This document shows, in pieces, positions 37,942-50,510 of a DNA stretch of 64,000 nt. The notes beneath the pieces are model-generated. The model saw nothing but the letters and a program-made list of their open reading frames with translations. It did not search any database and was not told the DNA's origin. The first letter of the stretch is position 1; each line of letters opens with the position of its first letter. This DNA comes from Lingula anatina (taxonomy: Eukaryota; Animalia; Brachiopoda): positions 15,088,534 through 15,152,533 of the forward strand of contig CM120644.1 in assembly GCA_051362555.1 (NCBI GenBank), read 5' to 3'. Made by a program: the position numbers and the translations under genes.

Positions 37942-39910
37942 GTGAGTAGCAACCGGCCTGCATATATTTTTTCTACATCATTATTTGTGGTGTCATTCAA
38001 GGTTATTGTCGTAAACAAAACAAGTCACAATTCTTGTATGGGTTTTGCTAATTATAATTAAGATCGCAAATGAAATAATTATAAATAAATCAATAAGTCC
38101 GGAGGAGGACCGAAGGAGGAGGATTATTTTGGCGACAGCAATAAAAGTGAAGGAATATGGGTATGCATGAACATGATTTGAGATGAAACTCTGCTTTTAT
38201 GAGCAATAGCGTCACCAGCAAAAGATAGAAGCTTTATTTTTTTCAGTGTCTCCCTGGCATTTCCCAGGTGTAGAGTGCTACGACAAATGTTCCGCATGTT
38301 CATAATCATTTGTTCCCTGAGAATTTATTTATGAATACTTTTCCTGCTTATTTCAGTAAGAAAAGTCACAGATGTATTGTTTGTGATATTGATCATAATT
38401 GTCGTCGTCTGTCGGAAGTGATTTTGCAATACCTTTGATCTGACTACTTCGTCTTTGAGAGAAACATCAGTCTTTGGGGGGGGGGGGGGGGGGGCGGGGG
38501 CGCAAAGTGAGTCATGTGACCCTCTTGCTTGGAAGTTAACACCTTTAATATCTTCTCTACCCCTAAAAATACAGCATAAAAAGCAAAACGAGACAATCAA
38601 GAGTAAGTTTCATTCCTGTGCGCTACTTGTCCCAGTTAAATATAGATTTTGGTCTGTTTTTATTTGCTTAGAAAAAAGATCTAAGCCCCTGACTTAATTA
38701 AACAAAACCCTGGACCCACCTACCGGTATGTTCTAGGCCTTGGTATCAACACATGACTTACGTCTTCGAGTCCCATAGATTATAATCACAAAAAAAAATC
38801 CAGGTTTAGAACTTGGCCTGACTATGTAAATAAAACCAGACCTATTTTATGACCACAAATGTAAAGATAAACAAGATGGGTGAGTTAAAAAAGCCGTTAA
38901 GGTGCGACGAAGGAGTGTTTTATCCTTTCCAATTTTCTAAAAATAAAACCGACTTTTCATAAAATTAGACTTATAAATACCAGTTGAGATTGAATCAGCA
39001 AGACATCGCTTTTATCACTCCGTGACAAGGGTGACAACTACAACGCAAAATGAATGCGGGATTTTCTAGTTTTCCTAGTACCTATCCAAATTACACCCAT
39101 GAAGAATAAAAACACATAATACATTAAAGTACATTTGCGGTTAACGCCCCTTTGATAAAATAAACAAAACAAGACAAAACAAAACAAAACCAAAAAGAAC
39201 ACCATTGGGTTTGAATAAGGTTCGGCGGATTGTTCTCTAGTACAGTTGATTATTTTGCGTTTGCAGGAAAAAAATATACGGCTAGGAAGGGATGTGTTGA
39301 CAGTTGCAATTAATGTTGATTATTCACAGTTCTTTTAGTACATGCTTGGATGACTGGGTCCAAGGTGCACGCGACCTAAGGACAGCGGCCTACCAAGGGG
39401 AATCTTCACAAAAATGTATTTACTTTATTTTGGAATATAAGCCCCAAGTTTTGGTCTGCTTCCATTTGGGATTATCCCCGAAGACATAGCTGCAAAGCCC
39501 AGTGATCCCTGAACCATATCAATAGTCAAAGCCAGAATCGACATTTAGTCCAGGAATAATGCCATTTTCTGAGGCTTAGTCAATTAAAGTCCACATTTTT
39601 GTCAGAAAAAAAGACGCCGCCTCCCTTGAAATTGCTGGATTCAGACCTTGTTTGCCTATCACATGGGCAAGGGAACGGACTCTAACGAACTGTCGGGTCA
39701 TGATACATATCAATACACGCAATGCTAATTCGAGAGTAGTTTTATGCTCCGCTTCACAGGGGGTCATGTAAGTTTAAACTCATATACTTATAATTGCTTG
39801 GATTTACTTTATGAATCGATTTATATGCGGGCGCAGGTTGTTAAAAGTGCATTTTTTAAAAACAATATAAGATATGAGATAATTTTCAAATATATCATTA
39901 AATTGGCATG

Positions 39911-39912
<2 letters not shown>

Positions 39913-39980
<68 letters not shown>
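39913..39980. repeat. (CT)n(GT)n microsatellite
   Basis: Directly visible. Confidence 0.95.
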
Positions 39981-41640
39981 CTCGTATGTGTGTGCGTGTT
40001 TGGTTGTATGCTGCGTGTTTGCACATGTTTGCGGGCTTATTAATAGCACATGTAGGCCTATATTCAAACGTATGTCAGATAGGGTCAGAGTAGAAACACT
40101 GCGACATTGGTGGTCGAATTAACAATGGTTTTCAGATCAATCAATGCGGATAGAGATCAAGGAAGTGATGGTTAAGCTATACAAACATACTGCTAAGGTC
40201 AAAACGCTGCTTGAAAGCGCGATTCCTGGTCTAAATTCAGAAATGGGGGTGCTGGTTTCAGTCTTTAAAATGCCAAACGATTCGAATATCTCATTAAGTT
40301 CATCATTTGCGTAGTTTTACCTAATGTGATGATTACTGACGGTAACATTACGAAATGAACACTTAATCGGTGTACATGTTAGAAATGTCACTGTAAGTAT
40401 AGGACACTTTGGAATTCCCAAGCGTTGTTCATCTGCATATTGACTTATTAAAAGGGGTGCGCCTACAACAGCGATATGTGGGTTTGCAAGACTGGCTACT
40501 TTTCAAAACTTGAAAATATAAGTATATTTACATGAACATGTATTTTTTTAACTTAATAAAAATAAGTGTATTTTACTGAGGAAAGCACAAAGATTGCCAA
40601 AAGGTGGACAAGACAAATAGGCACGTGACGTGTCCCTCCCTTTGATTTGGAGATACCCCTGCCTCCTTGAACCCAGCCAAATATAATATAGTGTAACGAA
40701 AGAAATTGGAGAAAATCAAGCAAATATATACCCCCATGCCCTACATATTATGGCGAAACTGCCCTCCTCTACGGTACTGCATTTGCGAATCGAAGCAATT
40801 TTTTTCTATCCCCCCCCCCCCCCCCGTATTACCAAATAAGATATTGCAATAAATGCAAAGGCTTAGACCAGTTGTCGTGAGTCTTATCCCCTGAGGTGAT
40901 TATCCAGCAAGAAATAAGCCGTCATCGTCTACCGCTCAACTTAAATACTATTAAATTGTTGTTAATCTACTGAGATTATCTTAGCATGAAATTAAATTAC
41001 TCCGCGTAATTTTTGAAATATTAAAGGAGTTTTTAACGTTGGGTTTAATGAAGGGCTGCGTTTCGTCTTAATTATAAGGTTATCTCACGGCCATGGTAAC
41101 GTAAAGTATTTTGCACTGAAGACGCAGGTCTGAATCTCCATAGTATGTATAGCGTGTCTTTGTAATGAAGTAATTTAAATGTTGAAGTTATCAGGGCCAC
41201 GGAGTTCGCTATCTCACTCGTTATCACTTTAAGTCATTTCATTTGCATTCGTTTCACCGGGTTGTGTGCTTTACAACGTTAAATGCTCAGTTTATATAAA
41301 GTCGTACAATGTATTAACATACGTGTACACATTTTTACTAAGTTTCACTGTTTACCTGCTTACAAAGTGAAATAACCAATGTTTACTGTCGTTGGTGTTC
41401 ATAAACTCATCTTTATTGACACCATGGACATAATAACGAATATTATGTTCAAGTTGATACTGATGTCAAAAGCAAATTGTTATGGTAAAACATTGCCCTC
41501 GATTACATCACATTGCACTAAAAGCGTGGGCTTATCGTAAGCTCAATCTCAAGAAGTTCATTTTGAGATTTGACTTAATCTTGTACGTGATTTAGCGTGA
41601 TTTTGTTTGATATTGGACCAAGCAATCAAGGATCTATCAC

Positions 41641-41870
41641 CGTTCAAATTCAAATATCGTACTAGCTGGATCGATCCAACCCTGTGGGGATTCTTGCTAA
41701 ATTGCATTCAGTGTCATCAGCTTAATTGTCAGCTTAATTACCCCCTAGCAGCTCGAGGAGGCGTGACAGACATTTACGCCGATAACACTTATTGCACTAA
41801 AGGAGAATCTCCCGCATTGATCCAGATTGATCCGGATTGATCCAGCTAGTTCGACGAGTTTAGCTGAACG
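41641..41870. mobile_element. Palindromic MITE related to 28783 copy
   Basis: CGTTCA...TGAACG ends, actagctggatc / gatccagctagt arms, and core ttaattaccccct...ggcgtgacagacattta. Confidence 0.65.
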
Positions 41871-42868
41871 CTCCTTGTGTTTCAAATCAGGCTCAAAACA
41901 AACTGCTTAACATAGCCTCTTTTTCACTTCTGTATGTATTTCACCAGACAGAAGCGCGTGGTTAAAATTGTGTAGACAAACTATTAACCTAAATAAAAAA
42001 GAGAAAAAATAATGAGTGTCTTTAACCTTTTAATGTCGCTCCTTAAATAGTTCCCCATGACATAAACGTTTATAGTAATGACAGCGGAGATGGGGTAATG
42101 TCCATCAATTTCACATTAGCGTGTCTCGTTTTAACCAGTGATATACCTGTCGGTTTTCTCTTGGGTAAAGACGGGGGACCTTTTCCCGGACTAGATCGTA
42201 AGCTTTGGTGTAGAATTTTGGAAAGAGGTGGAGACGCAGTCGCAGCCAGATGATGATGATGATGACTAAGAAATAAATTAGAAATTTCTACGGGCAAGGA
42301 TTCATATAATGCATACACTGGCTCTCTCGGAGTATGGCGTTTGGAATACAATTTCCTGGCCAATTTGGGGGGGGGGGGGGGAGGGTGATATGCATTAACG
42401 GCGTATTTCATGCGGCACTCATGTAGTGCATTGCATGAGTATAGACGCCATGATTGTATAAATGCAAGCAGATCTAAGAAGACAAATTGAAAGTAGCAAG
42501 ATTTCCGAAAAGAAATAGCATATTGTTATAACTGATGTAGTGTGTATTAAAACGGGTGAACAATATAATAAAGGAGTGTCGCAACCTTGCACACAATTTC
42601 TCCCAAAATTTGTCTCTCGGCTGATGAAAAAAAAATGTAAAAAATAAAGCAAGATAAAACGCTGTGTTTTTGCACGTACTCTTGCGTTTAACCAACCCAT
42701 TACAATATTTGCATCATCTGCTTTATTACGCCATTAGTAATCTTGTTTTAAGGGCCAACGGTTATGGCATATCTGAAAAACGTTTCGGTAACGAAGCATG
42801 AAGGTGAACACCTGCAAGCACTACAGACTGAATTAATATTTTAATTGGTCCATCAGTGGCGGGTAAGG

Positions 42869-43076
42869 GACCATTCCCAGGTCCTTACGTACTAACTAGG
42901 GATTGATCTATATCCAAGGGGATTCTCGCTAAATTGCAATCAACTTAAGCGGCTTAGATGTCTGCTTCAGTAAGCGTGCCAGACACCTAAGCCGCTTAAG
43001 CTGAAAGCAATTTAGTTAGGACCCCTTGGAGATAGATCGATCCTGTTAGATCGATCTAGGTATGGGAACTCAGTCT
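42869..43076. mobile_element. Palindromic MITE related to 28783 copy
   Basis: Arms cttaagcggcttag / ctaagccgcttaag. The 3' end gatcgatctaggtatgggaactcagtct is nearly identical to 28988-29015. Confidence 0.75.
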
Positions 43077-43384
43077 AATAGTATGCAGGATATTATCTCA
43101 AGGGCAAATGCAGGCTAGGGGTATTGCTCATCATGTTAGCAGTCTATATACAATATACGGCAATGACATTTTTTTTCTATGGAAAATTATCAAACTTTCA
43201 CATACAGAATTTCATAGTCACACAATTATATTTCTGTACAGCATTTGTGGTACATTCACTGCATAGAGTAGCCTGCAAAGAGTAGCCTGCTTTATAATTT
43301 TGTTCCTACCATTTAGTATGGGTGTTTTAATTTTAGGAAATTATGACTCAAAAATACAGTATCTGTAAAATTCACTATCCCCTC

Positions 43385-43422
<38 letters not shown>

Positions 43423-45289
43423 TGAAATGGTCGACTTATTACCGTATGCCAATTTAACTGTTGAAGAAAGATATCAGAGGGACTATGAGGATTCACCTTC
43501 ACAAGCATAATGAGTGATTCCCTTGAGCTACACACTCCTCTTCAAAGCTGACTGGTTTTAACTTCTGTTATAAGCCTTCGTTAACGTGTAATGCGTTAAA
43601 GGTTTTCGGAAGTCTTCTTGCTTTTTTCAGTGAAATCCCCGCTTTAGTTACAAGATTGCGGAATTGATAATCACTTCCGATTTTGTTAACCCCCCCCCCC
43701 CCCAGGAGCTTTAGCAAATTGGTTTAAGCCTGACAAGTCTTAACTTTTTTATACCATTTTATTTCTTTTAAGCGGTCAGTTTTATCCTACGTGTTTCATC
43801 CTACGTGCGTGACTCTTTACAGGTTACGTGCTATGATCATATTTGTTAAAAGGGTATACAGTCTGCGTTTGAAACTTTCTCTAAACCATATGTTTTATGT
43901 CTACATACGCCAGTATCGCGCATAGCTATCTATTTTCTATGTATCTATTTTTTTAATGGCGATACATGCATGTATTTCCGTCTGCTACTGTATCTACAGG
44001 AAGAGACGGCGGTTTAAATGCTACATGAATCATTTAAAACTGAATTATTTATAAATATAATTAAAAGTGGCTCCAAGTACAGGGACATGTCGAGCAATGA
44101 TTCGAGAGTGGGAGAAAATTATTTCTTTTTTTTTTTCTTTTTCAAGGGAAAATTGGTTTGAGTTAAGGTTGGTCTTTTATAATAGTTATAGGCTATGTGA
44201 CATGGAGGTCAGGTAACATTGTAGTGCATGAAATAAATTAAGACCAAGAAACACCTGATGATTCTCATGTACTGAGATGACCTGTCCACTGAGCGCTTTA
44301 TATCGCCCACATTAAGTAAAATGATGTTAAAAGTTCAAGAGCGAATTATTTGGATATTTTAATCTGGGATGCACATTTAAGGTCAAACTGGATTAATTAG
44401 CACCGTCTTCTTGAATGTGGAATGGATGTATTTTGTCGTTGGAAATGTTCCTTGGCTCTTTCTCTCTCTCTCTCACTTTCTTTCTCTCTCGTCTTTAATA
44501 ACATATACTTCTACGCTGCTTTTTGGGCCAAAAATAGATAATGATTTATACGGGAATGTCAATGCGTGCATCCACTTTTATTCCTTTTTATTCTTTCTTT
44601 CTTTTTTTCCTTTGTTTGTCAGTTTCTTTCTCATTATTATTACTTGTTCACTTGTTTTCCTCGAGGGGTGGGGGAGAGGGGTGGCTGTAGCGGTACCCTA
44701 TTAACGACCAGTGCGTTAACTTACAAGGGCGGGTCCCTAGTTGTCATCATTATATGTTCCAAAATCGTCACAAAACACAGTGACATCAGGTATAACATGT
44801 GTCGTTTGGTTTGTCCATTCGTCTATTTAAAGTCCCTCCAATAAACAACCCCACCTTAGCTTGGGGGTTTATGAAGCTGCCCCGTGAAGCGGATAATTTG
44901 AATCTTACGACAGGTAATTGGAATGCCGTTTTGTCAAAACGGAAAGAAAGGCCATTTGTATCTCTCTTGCATCGGCTAATGAAAGCTTATAACACAGGGA
45001 GGTGTCCGGGAAAGCCAGCAGCTATCAGATGGTCAGTGGAAAAAAAGACATATTCATAACTGACCACTAACAAGAGACTTAAACGAAAGCATTTCCCTGC
45101 GCATGGTCATCAAGCAGTTAAACATAGTCTTCGGCTTGTTGACCGTCATTAAGTCGCTCATTTTAAGCCCAGCACACCACTTATTATACCCTATACAACC
45201 CTCTAATCGGACGATGTTTATAACATAGTCTGTATCTTCGGGACTGCCCCCACCCTGTTAAGGAATGGAGACTCTAAGTGATAAGCATC

Positions 45290-45661
45290 CGCGATGACTT
45301 GATTGTCCACAGGTGTCCAAGTGTCCACGCCGTTCGGTCACTTGCTGCTAGCTCCAGGCCGAGAGCTCGGGCCTTACGGAAACATCCGAGGGGTGAACAC
45401 CGGTCGGTTTGTGCAAGGACCCGGTTTTGGCTCTTAGCTGGTTCGTGGACTCCCTAAAACATTTCCGGGAAATTTCGGAGTTTGTTGGATCCAGGGTTTG
45501 CAATGGCATTAAATAATGCCAGGCAAGAAGACTGAAATTCTACAGGTGTACACGGCCGGTTATTGGGACTGTGCTCTTCGATTAAAATTGTTTCGGTTTT
45601 GATGATTTAAGAGCGACAAAGGCAAGAGTGAATGTCGCCTTCAAGTATTACAGTTCTATCG
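45290..45661 (+). other. Candidate GC-rich first exon with short ORF start MSPSSITVLS
   Basis: Local GC/CpG enrichment, ATG at 45632, 10 codons, then donor TCG|GTGAGT at 45662. Confidence 0.35.
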
Positions 45662-47211
45662 GTGAGTTGTCATGTTTCAAAATGATATTTAAGGTTGTTT
45701 TGCAGTAGCCAGATTTAATAGAACATTGCTGAGCAGAAATTAGAAATGGACTGAGGTTACCGTTGGGAATAAGGAACAACACGATGATACCCTGCATGTT
45801 TTATGTTGGGATTTATTGGCAAATTATTCATATAAGATAGTCATGAATACTAGAATGGGGATACATTTAGAATTTAATTTCATTTTAAATGATTCTATAT
45901 TGCGTCATCTTCGCCATTACGTTTTATCAAATGTATTTGCTTCATGAGAAAAGAGAAAAAAAAAGCTTGATCCTGTTCTATTAACCAACTGTTTCACCCT
46001 GGGAAGTAGATTTGTCGCTGATCAGTGACGGTCTATAGGCTTCTTGAGTAGATTGACTTTCATATTATCCTGCATTTAGCCACTTTGTGTCGATGCCTGC
46101 ATCAAACAACGAGAAACGCCTGACATTTACTTTCTCTTAGTGTTAAATTACCACAAAGGATTGTATCTAGCTTGACATATCCGGTCGATGATAGACTTTT
46201 CCTGAAACAATGCGAAATAGGTATCCAAAAGCCAATGGGTAATATGCGATTACTAACGAGTTTGGGGCTGTGAAGATTGGATGCTTAGAAAACACGAACA
46301 CGAATCTATCTAAAATAATTACTTGAAAGCACATAATTTTAAAGTCTTGGCATAAATATGGCACTTAACTATTTAAACGTAAGATATACTTGAATAAGGT
46401 GTCCGTTTGGCTAAATCTAGGACCCAGTGGACTAACAGAAAAAGGAAGCAGATTTCCAAGAGCAAGCCACTGACTAATGTTCTACCTAGCAAACAAAAAA
46501 CGTTTTTATGACGTTAGCATAACGTTCGTAAGAAATATGTTAGTTTTAATACAGCTATAAAGACCTACTGTGTTTGGTACAATGTCCAGGCTTTCGGCTT
46601 GCTGCCTTCTACGGGGACTCCTTAAAGTTTATATTAAAATAAATAATATTAAAAAACTTTATGGCAACGTTATGGTAAAGTTATAAAACGTTTTGAAATT
46701 TCTGGATAGTCGTTTCGTCTGTTTTGATGGCCGGACTTGTTTTTAAAATTCATCATAATTGCGCATCACCTATAACGTATAGATATACATTGTACATTAT
46801 TTCTCCCAGCGTTTCTCATTTTAAATGTTTCTTTTTTTTTTTTTATTTCATTTCATCTTTATTTATGTATTCTTTTTGCATTTTTTATGATGAAACATGC
46901 TAGCTACTGCTAAAAAAGGACTTTTGTTTATTCGTCAAGATAAAAAATCGGTTTAAATATAGCACATGGTTGGCCATAACCATTTCCTAAGTTGTAACAG
47001 CACACCGGTAATAAGGCTTATTCTTAGAAAGCTGTGCCGGTCCGGAAAAGAAAAATTGCATCATCGATGTCTTAGCGGATACTGCCGTTCAGTATTTCTT
47101 GCATTCCAGTACTCTAGTTGAAACCAGCAAAGTCGACGTGGAAAAAAGGGAAAGAGTGAACAGGGTGGTGGGGGGGGGGAGTGTGGTGGGGTGGGGACAG
47201 GATCAACCACA

Positions 47212-47254
<43 letters not shown>

Positions 47255-48214
47255 GGATATTGACATCATTCCAATGGCGCCATTATGTTCTTCATACCTT
47301 CCAGTCCCTGCGAGTTACATGTATGGATGTTTTCGTAAAGAATTCACCATTTTCCTTTTTTCTCGTAAGGGGTTTCTCCATTATGAATAAAATCAGCGGC
47401 GTCTTTATCTGATGGGGTTTTGATTTCTGTCTTTTTTTCATGTAATTCCCGTAATGAACATATACATTTTCAATAAAGAAAACTCACCTTCTTACAGTTT
47501 TCCACAAAATCCCAATACTGGCGCGACAGATGATTGATTTTAAGCATCAATCGGGGCTGATTTTCTCTCGGATAATCCGAGAACGTGAAGCTTAAGATTG
47601 GATTTCATTTAAGCGTGTATCATTTTCCAAATTGGAAACCACATCCACGGAGACTCTTTTGATTGCAATATTGAAAACGGTGTCAACAGATATTATGTTA
47701 TTTGGGATTTTTACGCGGTAATTGGTCCTTGGGGGATGCGAAGAACGCATACTTCCCGTTTCGGTGTCGTGAGTTAGGCAAAGCGAAATGGGGTTCAATT
47801 TGAAGTTTAATTTTTCACAGTTGAATTACGTATTGATTCTGTCAGTGGAAACTCCCAACTGGTGGGGTTGACATTTAGAGCAAAGTGCACACAGCGAAGT
47901 CGAGCAAGGGCAATCCACTCGTGTGATACCCGTGCTCTTCAAAACCTTAAACATAAAGTACGTATATTGCATGAAGTAATGAAACCCGTTTCTGTATCTG
48001 ACTCATGAGTCCGAAGATTGAAAGCTATCATTTCCCCAGCGATGTTTAGCTTCTCCTCGGTGTTTCAGTTATATTGTGCTTGTTTTGGGAAGTGTATATG
48101 TCCAACCAGTAACTCTGTCAGATTGTCAGTGTTGTCTATACTTCCGTCTGCAGGTAGATTCTCAACTTCATCTTTTCAACGCTAAAATCCCTAGATAATC
48201 ATCACTATTGTTAA

Positions 48215-48261
<47 letters not shown>

Positions 48262-49769
48262 TTTTTAACTTAAAATTCTGGTTTTGCAAGATATTTCCCA
48301 GAAACCTTAGCCGTTTTTTATGTTGTTTTCCATTCAATTCTTTTCTCATGACCGAATCAGACCGACCAGATAAGAACCAACCAAACAAGCGCGTAATTAC
48401 ATGTACATGTATGATTGATGAGCTAAACCTTTAATTAACCTGATTAGTATTAAATGCTAACTCTGTTGGGGTCCTGATATGCTTCGAGACCATGAAAAAA
48501 TCTAGGGTCGAAGACTTAATTAAACCCGATGTTAACGTCCCCAAAATAGATACGTAGACTTAATGCAGCCATTGTTTTAGAATCACGCAAAAACAACACG
48601 CCACGGAGATAAGTTGTTGTCGCTGGGTTATTAGAAACAAAACACAGGTTTTATCAATGTGGTATTGTTTTGGTTCCATATCGTAAAAGGAATGCCATGC
48701 GATTTTTTTGGTGTGTGTGTGCGTGTGTGTTTGGTTCTCTTTAAACTAGAAAACGCTGAAGTTTAATTGCATGTCAGCGAATTGATTGTGAATAGGATAG
48801 AGTTATGCTGTTTGGTTAGTACCGTTCAGAAATGGACAGCGACAGAACCAGCGCGTTTACCACTAATCATAAAGTTTTCAAATAAATGGATAAATGATGT
48901 AATGGGTGAAATTATCAATTAATAAACAAATTAAGAATGGAATAAAGTAAAAAAGAGAGCAAGGAGACATATATTCACAATTTTTACAAACATGCAGCAT
49001 ATTTGGACTTTATCAGTCCTTTCGTTTTAGAAAAAAATATAGCGATCCTCGTCTTCCTTAAACCATGCCCGGCGCCATGTACACTTTAAATCAAATATGT
49101 TCCCAAACCACACTTAACTTGATAAATGGTGTTTGAAGCCATATTAACTTTAACTTGATAAATATACCTCAAATAATCGTGCCATTGAATATTGTGGTTT
49201 TATCGCTAAGTAAGAACAAGTGTGTCGTCTTGTACTTGTACACAGATCTATATATTATGGTGAAAAACACAGACAGATTATTTCCTCCTTAAACCGCCAG
49301 TGGTCAATTAATGGTATTTCGTATGTCCACTTGATGTCCATTCCATGGTCAGCTGAGCGTGAGTCATTAACTAACCAACAGCTTTAGCAAGGTCTTTTGT
49401 TAACAAGAAAACAAACATGGTAAGGGAATGCAATTTTTTAGACGGCTAGTGCATTTTGTTTATAAATAAATCATTATCAATGTCAACACATAAAAGGAAT
49501 GTTCCTGCAATGTAAAGTTACAAGAACGTTCTATTGTCATAGTTTATCCATGCATGTCTATAAATAGGCAATTGTACCTTTTATAGAAATAATTCATGGA
49601 CATTTTAAGCCATTAATGCAAATATACGGCCCAGAAAGAAATGTGACCATAGTTAAGCCGTTATTTTACCAGCCAAATAGTTGTAATAGAGCAATACGAA
49701 AATGTACATACAGCTAGGGTCCGATGTCGGTGTCTGGCACGAGACACCCCTTCCCCACCCCCACCCTCC

Positions 49770-49915
49770 CTCGTGATACAGGGTCCGGTTCCCATTAATT
49801 TACACAGGTAATCTCCGTCCTAGATTTTGACCTGATTACGGCACGCTACCCCTAACCTGTATGTATCCAATAGAGGTCGGATTCTCTGTTACACAGATCT
49901 ACAGTTTGTCAACGT
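49770..49915 (+). repeat. Uninterrupted copy of the dispersed repeat disrupted by MITEs at 17.7-18.2 kb
   Basis: cagggtccggt...ggtaa...cgtcctagatttt...acctgtat...aatagagg...ctgttacac is colinear with 17716-18215 once the MITEs are removed. Confidence 0.75.
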
Positions 49916-50449
49916 CGGTTTCTAGAAAACGAATATGAGTTAGTAAAAAGATGTAACAAATGTACATACCAGTTACAAGATATGTATTTGTATGGTACTC
50001 TATACATACTGTAGATGTACATATTTATGTATATTTGCATCAGGTGTTGTTAATACGAAAGGTACATAATAGGTATGCAACACCAGAATGTCAATAAGGT
50101 ATCCAATTATTAACGACATTTTGCCACAAACAATAGCCCGTTGAACCAGCCATTCAGTTCAAAATGAAAATAGATATAACCAACGAATATAACAGATTGA
50201 AGCTTAAACTGCAGCCTGTACTATTAGATAAGACAGAAAAACCAATTTACCATGGTCAGCGACAATGACCAATTAGAACAGCCCAATAAACTATGACCGT
50301 GCTAATGCACAAGGGGATTACAGACACAGTCATGATTTGCATCCATCTTCTTCAGCATTTCCTCAGGGTAATTAGTTTAATACGCTTAGGGCACGTAATT
50401 GCCGTGGTTGGCTGGTAATTGCCTTTGCTGTCAGTTCGTATGTTCTTTC

Positions 50450-50508
<59 letters not shown>
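50450..50508. repeat. (AAT)n microsatellite
   Basis: Directly visible. Similar (TTA)n tracts lie at 24581-24634, 34225-34277 and 48216-48260. Confidence 0.95.

Positions 50509-50510
<2 letters not shown>

Noticed and set aside
40190-40240. tRNA/SINE-like head
   Set aside because: No intact A/B boxes or cloverleaf.
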